Shown: positions 34,370 to 39,291 of the stretch, piece by piece
How positions within the stretch are numbered: the stretch's first letter is position 1
Layout of the letters: each line of letters begins with the position of its first letter
IMG/VR virus record: IMGVR_UViG_3300005713_000009
Coordinates: 1-39,291 of that record
From: a virus
Taxonomy: Duplodnaviria > Caudoviricetes
Length of the DNA: 39,291 nucleotides
Direction: 5' to 3' (one strand)
The notes under the pieces: generated by a model
Seen by the model: only the letters and a program-made list of their open reading frames with translations
Database searches by the model: none
Told to the model about the DNA's origin: nothing
Position numbers and translations under genes: made by a program

Positions 34370-34569
34370 AATTTCTCTCGAAAAAAGCGGGGTATTTTCC
34401 CCCGCGCTCCCCCCGCGTCTCCCCCGCATCCCCCTGAAACTGATTTCTCTATATCATAGCGCCTGAATACTTCCAATCATATCGCTCTGCCGATCAATTG
34501 CCTGCCTGCCTGCTATTGCCGTCTATTCACTTTTAATGCTCTTTTTTCTCCTTTTTGCTATTTTTCCTC

Positions 34570-34597
34570 TTGCATTGTGCTAGCAATTTGCTATTAT
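34570..34597 (+). promoter_or_regulatory. Early promoter containing a perfect operator palindrome
   Basis: TTGCAT-N16-TATTAT with an extended TG; TAGCAA-T-TTGCTA at 34581-34593; T-tracts upstream. Confidence 0.65.
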
Positions 34598-34630
34598 ACG
34601 CCTATTGAAATCGAAGCAATCGGAGGAACC

Positions 34631-34846
34631 ATGACCATGACCACTTACACAATCAAGAGACGCGATGAAGAGACCGAATGCTCGGATTGCGCATATCCGC
34701 TCTTCATTGATGACAAGGCTTATATGAGCAAAGACGAGAAGTCGGTCTATTGCTCGAAGACCTGCCACGACAGGGCCGAGCGCAATGAGGCGCCGCTCGT
34801 CAAGCCGCAACCGAAGGGCGTGCGCGTGGGCTGCTTCGATGTTTAA
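34631..34846 (+). CDS. Small Zn-finger protein (CxxC...YCSxxC)
   Basis: GGAGG SD; TRASH/MYM-like Cys pattern. Confidence 0.7.
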   Translation: MTMTTYTIKRRDEETECSDCAYPLFIDDKAYMSKDEKSVYCSKTCHDRAERNEAPLVKPQPKGVRVGCFDV

Positions 34847-34970
34847 GACCCCGGATTGGCCATCCGGCGCGCGCGAGGCCCCTGGGCGCCAGGCCTGCGC
34901 GTGAATTGAGGCGCCCATCGGTCGGGGCGGTTCAGGGGGAGCCGCCCCGGCGATAACAACCGGAGGGAAT

Positions 34971-35402
34971 ATGGCGACTTGCAATCTGCTGATAAACAAC
35001 CTGCTTGTGATCCCCGCCAACCGCGACGACTTGCGCAAGGGCGACGGGCGCGCATACGTCGCGTTCTACGGCGCGCGAAACGGGAAAACCTTCGACGCCT
35101 GGAGTTCGAGCTTTATGGCGCCCGAGCGCGCCATGAGATTGCGCGATCGGATCGTGCGGCGCCACAAGCGCCAGATCGAGCGCCGAGCCTTCATTGAGTT
35201 TCTGGCGGAAGCCCTGGACGGCGCGACGGGTGAGGGGCCGATCTCCGTGCATGTGCGCGGGCGGCTCGTGCTCCTGACGGAACTGCGCAACTACACCGAT
35301 GATGGACCGCTCTACGAGGGGCGGTATTTCCATAAGCTCGCGAGCTGGCCGGTCGCCGAGAGTGCGCGCCCATGGCCGGGCTTCGGCTGCGACTGGCGAT
35401 AA
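34971..35402 (+). CDS. Hypothetical protein
   Basis: GGAGG SD. Confidence 0.7.
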   Translation: MATCNLLINNLLVIPANRDDLRKGDGRAYVAFYGARNGKTFDAWSSSFMAPERAMRLRDRIVRRHKRQIERRAFIEFLAEALDGATGEGPISVHVRGRLVLLTELRNYTDDGPLYEGRYFHKLASWPVAESARPWPGFGCDWR

Positions 35403-35458
35403 ATCAACCGCGCGACGTCCGCCTGAGGCGCCGCGCTTCATCAACAACGGAGGAAACC

Positions 35459-35980
35459 ATGAACAGTTTGAGCGAAGAAATAATGACGGCGGCAGTAATC
35501 GAAAAGACATTTGTCAACGAGACGAAAGAGCAGACCGAACTTGAGAAACTGATCGCGGATTCAATCGCCGCGCGTGATGCGAAGATCGCGAAGGAAGAGG
35601 CCGAAGCTGCGGTGGAAGAGGCGAGATACGACGCCATCTTTCACTCGCTACTGGAAGGGGCCGTTGAGGCCGTGAAGCCCCTGATACCGGAGCCGCTCCG
35701 GCCTTACGTCCTCTACGATTATTGCAGGCCGTCAAAAGACCTGCTCGATGCGCGAACCTGGGCGCCGACGACAATGCATATCAAACACGCGCCGAAGCTC
35801 GAAGAGATCGCAATCCACATCAACTGGTATGGCGACGGCAGAGGTCCGGAAATTTACACGATCGTGAGCGGCGCGAGCTTCGAGGGCGACGAGTGGGGCG
35901 AGGCGATTTGCGCCGCTCATGACCGCTACCACAATCGCCGCGCCGAATACTCGAAGGCCGCGCGCGCATTGGATTACTGA
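35459..35980 (+). CDS. Hypothetical protein
   Basis: GGAGG SD before ATG 35459. Confidence 0.7.
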   Translation: MNSLSEEIMTAAVIEKTFVNETKEQTELEKLIADSIAARDAKIAKEEAEAAVEEARYDAIFHSLLEGAVEAVKPLIPEPLRPYVLYDYCRPSKDLLDARTWAPTTMHIKHAPKLEEIAIHINWYGDGRGPEIYTIVSGASFEGDEWGEAICAAHDRYHNRRAEYSKAARALDY

Positions 35981-36133
35981 CGAGATCGCCCGGATATAGG
36001 GCCGGGCGAGCGCCGCGCGTTCACCATCTTATAGGGCGCGGCGCAACTGGAGCTCGGATCGCTGCTCGCTTGCGAAGTGGACTAACGGGAGAGCGATCGG
36101 CGATCCGGGCGTTTTTCGAGAAAGGGGCAATCA

Positions 36134-36535
36134 ATGGAGGCTCAAGCGGCAGCAAAGCAGATCATTTACGCGAGACCGATCGCCGAGATCATCTCCGATC
36201 TCAAGAAGCCCGTAGCCGAGCGTCATTTGAAGACGCGCAAGCAGGGCGGCTCTATGCTCAGCTATATCGAATGGCATACGGCAGTGAAATACCTCGATCT
36301 GTTCGCGCCCGGATGGTCCTATTACGTCAAGAGCGTGCAACTCGTCGGCTCGCTCGTCACGGTCATCGCCTCGATCTCGATCCCCGCCGCCGAGGGCGTA
36401 ATCACGCGCGAGGCGACGGGCTGCGAGGATGCGGACGCGAAAGGCTATGGCGACGCCATAAGCAATAGCGAAGCGATGGCGCTCAAGCGAGCCGCGAGCA
36501 AATTCGGACTCGGACTTTATCTTTATCAAAAATAG
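36134..36535 (+). CDS. Rad52/Rad22-family single-strand annealing protein
   Basis: LSYIEW...LD..APGW...REATG...YGD..SNSEAMALKRAASKFGLGLYLY signature. Confidence 0.85.
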   Translation: MEAQAAAKQIIYARPIAEIISDLKKPVAERHLKTRKQGGSMLSYIEWHTAVKYLDLFAPGWSYYVKSVQLVGSLVTVIASISIPAAEGVITREATGCEDADAKGYGDAISNSEAMALKRAASKFGLGLYLYQK

Positions 36536-36543
36536 GGGGAAAG

Positions 36544-36795
36544 ATGCAGCAGCAGCAAGCAAAGGCAGCAGCAAAGCAGCAAAAGCGCAATATCTCAACG
36601 TCGGCGCCGATCACAGACAGGAAATTGCCGGATCGGCCAACTGTCGCCGAGATCGCGCAATGGCTTCGCAGGTCAAGGAATACGATTTACAAACTGGTAC
36701 GCGACGGCGCGATACCATGCAAGAAGGTCGGAAGGATATACATCTTCGATAAACGGGCTTTGCTCGAGTGGGCGAGGCCGGAGGAGGCGGCATGA
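36544..36795 (+). CDS. Excisionase-like HTH protein
   Basis: TVAEIAQWLRRSRNTIYKLVRDGAIPCKKVGRIYIF...LLEW. Confidence 0.8.
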   Translation: MQQQQAKAAAKQQKRNISTSAPITDRKLPDRPTVAEIAQWLRRSRNTIYKLVRDGAIPCKKVGRIYIFDKRALLEWARPEEAA

Positions 36796-37058
36796 ATCGA
36801 GAGGTCATAAAAGAGTCTGTCAGAAAGTCACTCGAGTCGAAGAAGCGCAATCAGGAATTGCGAGAAAAGGCCGTCAAGGCTTGCAAGGAGATCAACACCG
36901 AGAACCCGATCGCGGCGGCCGAGGCGATGCCGGGGCTACTCATAGCGGCGAAGGGTGCGCTCGCAGCACTCACTCAAAATAAAACATTCCCGGCTGACAT
37001 CGCAGCAGCAAAGAAATGGCTGAGCGAGGCCATCGCCAGGATCGAAGCGAAGGAGTGA
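36792..37058 (+). CDS. Hypothetical protein
   Basis: GGAGG SD; ATGA overlap with the upstream gene. Confidence 0.65.
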   Translation: MNREVIKESVRKSLESKKRNQELREKAVKACKEINTENPIAAAEAMPGLLIAAKGALAALTQNKTFPADIAAAKKWLSEAIARIEAKE

Positions 37059-37059
37059 T

Positions 37060-37299
37060 ATGAATAACGGAAACATCCAAATCTCACCCCTCGCCCGCGC
37101 CTATCTCGCCGCCGTGCGCTCAGGCCAGGTCACCGAAGATTCGCCGGAGCGCCAATTGATGGATGCGGCGGCGTACATCTGCCGATGGGGCGTAAGCGGA
37201 TGCACGGCTGATGTGCTGCGCGTCGTGGCGGCATTGTGCGAGGCGGCGGCGGAATTGAAGGAAGGGGACAAGGAAGTAAATGATTCAATGCCAATTTAA
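37060..37299 (+). CDS. Hypothetical protein
   Basis: AGGAG SD; sits inside the operon. Confidence 0.6.
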   Translation: MNNGNIQISPLARAYLAAVRSGQVTEDSPERQLMDAAAYICRWGVSGCTADVLRVVAALCEAAAELKEGDKEVNDSMPI

Positions 37300-37921
37300 G
37301 CCAATAGAAAAATGGCCGTCGAAGCCAACGCCGAGTTGGGGGCGGCAACACAGCCGATTCAAAGCAGGCTGGACAGAAACGCTTGATCTGCTCGAAAGAG
37401 AACTGAGTCGCCTCAAAGCGAAAGATATCATCATCGAGGGATTCTTTACTCACGCGCAGATTCGCAACGACGGCTGGCCGAAGTCGAGCGCCAGGCCGAA
37501 TCAGCCCGGCGTCATTCTGAGTTTTGGGACGAAGAAGGGCAGGATGGTTATGCCCTGCGATAAGTTCACGGACTGGGAGGCGAACCTCCGCGCGATCGCT
37601 CTCACCCTCGAGCACTTGCGCGCCGTCGAGCGCTACGGCGTTACCACTGAAGAGCAAGAACAGTACACGGGATGGCTGAAGCTCCCGGCGTCGGCGCCGG
37701 TGGACGAAGCGACCGAGCTAGCTAAGAAGCTCATCAATTTGGCCTGTGTCGGCTATTACCCTTCTCAGGTTCTCACAGAGAAAACCATCTTCGATAAGGT
37801 TTGGACAGAGGCGTTTCGACGCAACCACAGCGATACGGCGCCGGCAGGCGGGAGCACGAGCGGATTTCAAGACGCGCTTCACGCTCGAAATCGGATCAGA
37901 GAATTAAAGGGATGGAACTGA
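37280..37921 (+). CDS. Phage protein with a degenerate C-terminal J-domain-like segment
   Basis: CDKF..WE.NLRAIALTLE.LRAVERYGV family motif; C-terminal HSD..GGS...F in place of HPD. Confidence 0.7.
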   Translation: MIQCQFKPIEKWPSKPTPSWGRQHSRFKAGWTETLDLLERELSRLKAKDIIIEGFFTHAQIRNDGWPKSSARPNQPGVILSFGTKKGRMVMPCDKFTDWEANLRAIALTLEHLRAVERYGVTTEEQEQYTGWLKLPASAPVDEATELAKKLINLACVGYYPSQVLTEKTIFDKVWTEAFRRNHSDTAPAGGSTSGFQDALHARNRIRELKGWN

Positions 37922-38000
37922 TTCCGTAAAGAATTGACCCGGCGCGCGGCCACGGGGCACAATCCCCGCGCACGGTCTTCGGTTTATTACTGGAGGCAAT

Positions 38001-39122
38001 ATGGAGAAAACCCAAAGAAAGCGCCTCGGCGGTGTCTGGCTCGATCCAGATTCCGGCGTCTGGCGCTATCGGTTTATGCACAAAGGCCGTCGCTATTTCG
38101 GGACGGTCCCGAACGCAAAGAACAAGACAGAGGCGAAGGCCGCTCGTGATCGGCGCCGGATCGCCGTCCGTGAAGGCCGGGAAGAGAAAGCCGAGGCGGA
38201 CACGAATTTTAAAGTGTTTGTCGAAGAAACCTTCCTGCCCTTCATCAAGACGAATAAGGCGGCCGAGACCTACCGCGGTTATAAGTGGCGCTCGGCCCGG
38301 CTCGTTAAAGCATTCGGCTCGCTCGATCTCGCGCAAGTTTCAACGTTCGGCGTCGAGCGATTCAAACTGAGCGAGCTCAAGCGGGAGACGAAAATGGGGC
38401 GGGCGCCTACTGCCGGCACGGTCAATGAATGCCTGACCGTTCTCGGATCGATCCTGACGCTCGCCGAAGAATTGGGGCTCATCGCGAAGAAAGACCGACC
38501 AAAGATTGCGATGATGAGGACAGACAACAAACGGCTCAGGTATCTCTCAACCGACGAGGAGCGGAGATTGCTTGCTGCTGCTGCTGCCTGGCCTTATTTG
38601 CAGGATTTGATCATGGTCGGCCTGGCGACCGGACTGAGGCGGGATGAGCTCTTTTCACTGCGGAAAGAAGATGTCGATCTGAGATTGAATCTGGTCAACG
38701 TAGTCTATGGGAAGGGCGGCAAATCAAGGTCCGTACCCGTAGCGCCGGCGAGCCCAGCCTTCACTGTGCTCTCGAGGCTCACCCGTGGCCGGGGCGAATG
38801 GGTCTTTCATTCGCCCCTGTCCAGGGGGAAGATGCGAGGCGTTGACTTGTCGCTCAAGCTGGCCTGTGAGAAAGCGGGCATCCAGGGCGTCACGCTCCAC
38901 ACGCTCAGGCATACATTCGGGACTCGGCTCACGGCATCCGGCGTAGACCTGCGGACAGTACAAGAGCTCATGGGCCACTCGAACATCAAAACCACGATGA
39001 TCTATGCCCACATCGTTGAAGGCAGCAAGCAGCAGGCAATCGCCCGGCTCAATAACTACCGGGAGAATTGCCACGAAATTACCACTCCCGAGATCGTCGA
39101 ATTAAACGCTCGGCGGGCGTAA
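38001..39122 (+). CDS. int: Tyrosine recombinase (phage integrase)
   Basis: TGLRRDEL, GKGGKSR, HTLRH, LMGH and IYAH catalytic motifs; N-terminal arm-binding and SAM-like domains. Confidence 0.95.
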   Translation: MEKTQRKRLGGVWLDPDSGVWRYRFMHKGRRYFGTVPNAKNKTEAKAARDRRRIAVREGREEKAEADTNFKVFVEETFLPFIKTNKAAETYRGYKWRSARLVKAFGSLDLAQVSTFGVERFKLSELKRETKMGRAPTAGTVNECLTVLGSILTLAEELGLIAKKDRPKIAMMRTDNKRLRYLSTDEERRLLAAAAAWPYLQDLIMVGLATGLRRDELFSLRKEDVDLRLNLVNVVYGKGGKSRSVPVAPASPAFTVLSRLTRGRGEWVFHSPLSRGKMRGVDLSLKLACEKAGIQGVTLHTLRHTFGTRLTASGVDLRTVQELMGHSNIKTTMIYAHIVEGSKQQAIARLNNYRENCHEITTPEIVELNARRA

Positions 39123-39171
39123 AGATAGTGGAAACAGCATGATCGAGGGGTGAGCGGTGGAAGTTTGAAGG

Positions 39172-39291
39172 GTTTTTCAGAATCTTTCAAAGCGTTCACC
39201 CGGGTTCACATCTGATAACAGAATCAACCAAATATCACAATAAATCGGGACCGTGCAAGCTCTCGTTTCACATTCATTCACAAGTAGTGCC
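39172..39291. repeat. Terminal direct repeat, right copy
   Basis: Identical to bases 1-120. Confidence 0.95.

Larger units (their letters stand above)
1..39171. mobile_element. Complete temperate siphovirus-like phage genome (circular or excised form)
   Basis: Terminase, portal, capsid, tail tube and tape measure genes, plus integrase, Xis-like and replication genes. The ends overlap and no host genes are present. Confidence 0.92.

Noticed and set aside
36544-36590. Poly-Gln/Ala N-terminus of the Xis-like protein as a functional repeat
   Set aside because: It is more simply a by-product of the dispersed GCAGC/GCAA DNA motif.

Overview
The window looks like one complete, circularly assembled temperate tailed phage genome of about 39.17 kb; bases 1-120 are repeated exactly at 39172-39291. 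It is GC-rich, and an encoded outer-membrane beta-barrel suggests a diderm host. Reading around the circle: a tyrosine integrase and an AT-rich attP-like region; a divergent pair of ribbon-helix-helix regulators; a ~620-nt highly structured non-coding region; a replication initiator with internal iterons and an early accessory operon (+ strand, to 7.6 kb); a long late region on the - strand (lysis-like membrane genes with no recognisable endolysin, beta-barrel, MuF-toxin fusion with a putative immunity gene, terminases, portal, scaffold, capsid, neck, siphovirus-type tail, SAM methyltransferase); and a second early operon (Rad52-like, Xis-like, J-domain-like, integrase). The most unusual signals are the large structured RNA candidate with an embedded tRNA-like domain, a separately promoted tRNA-like RNA whose anticodon loop is replaced by two hairpins, a probable -1 frameshift fusing a 4-TM protein to a domain whose gene carries 16-bp palindromes, a MuF fusion with both kinase-like and ADP-ribosyltransferase-like domains, and a six-copy late promoter motif. 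A dif-like site, a G-quadruplex candidate and a dispersed TTGCCTGC motif are also present. All calls are by eye; no database searches or folding programs were run.
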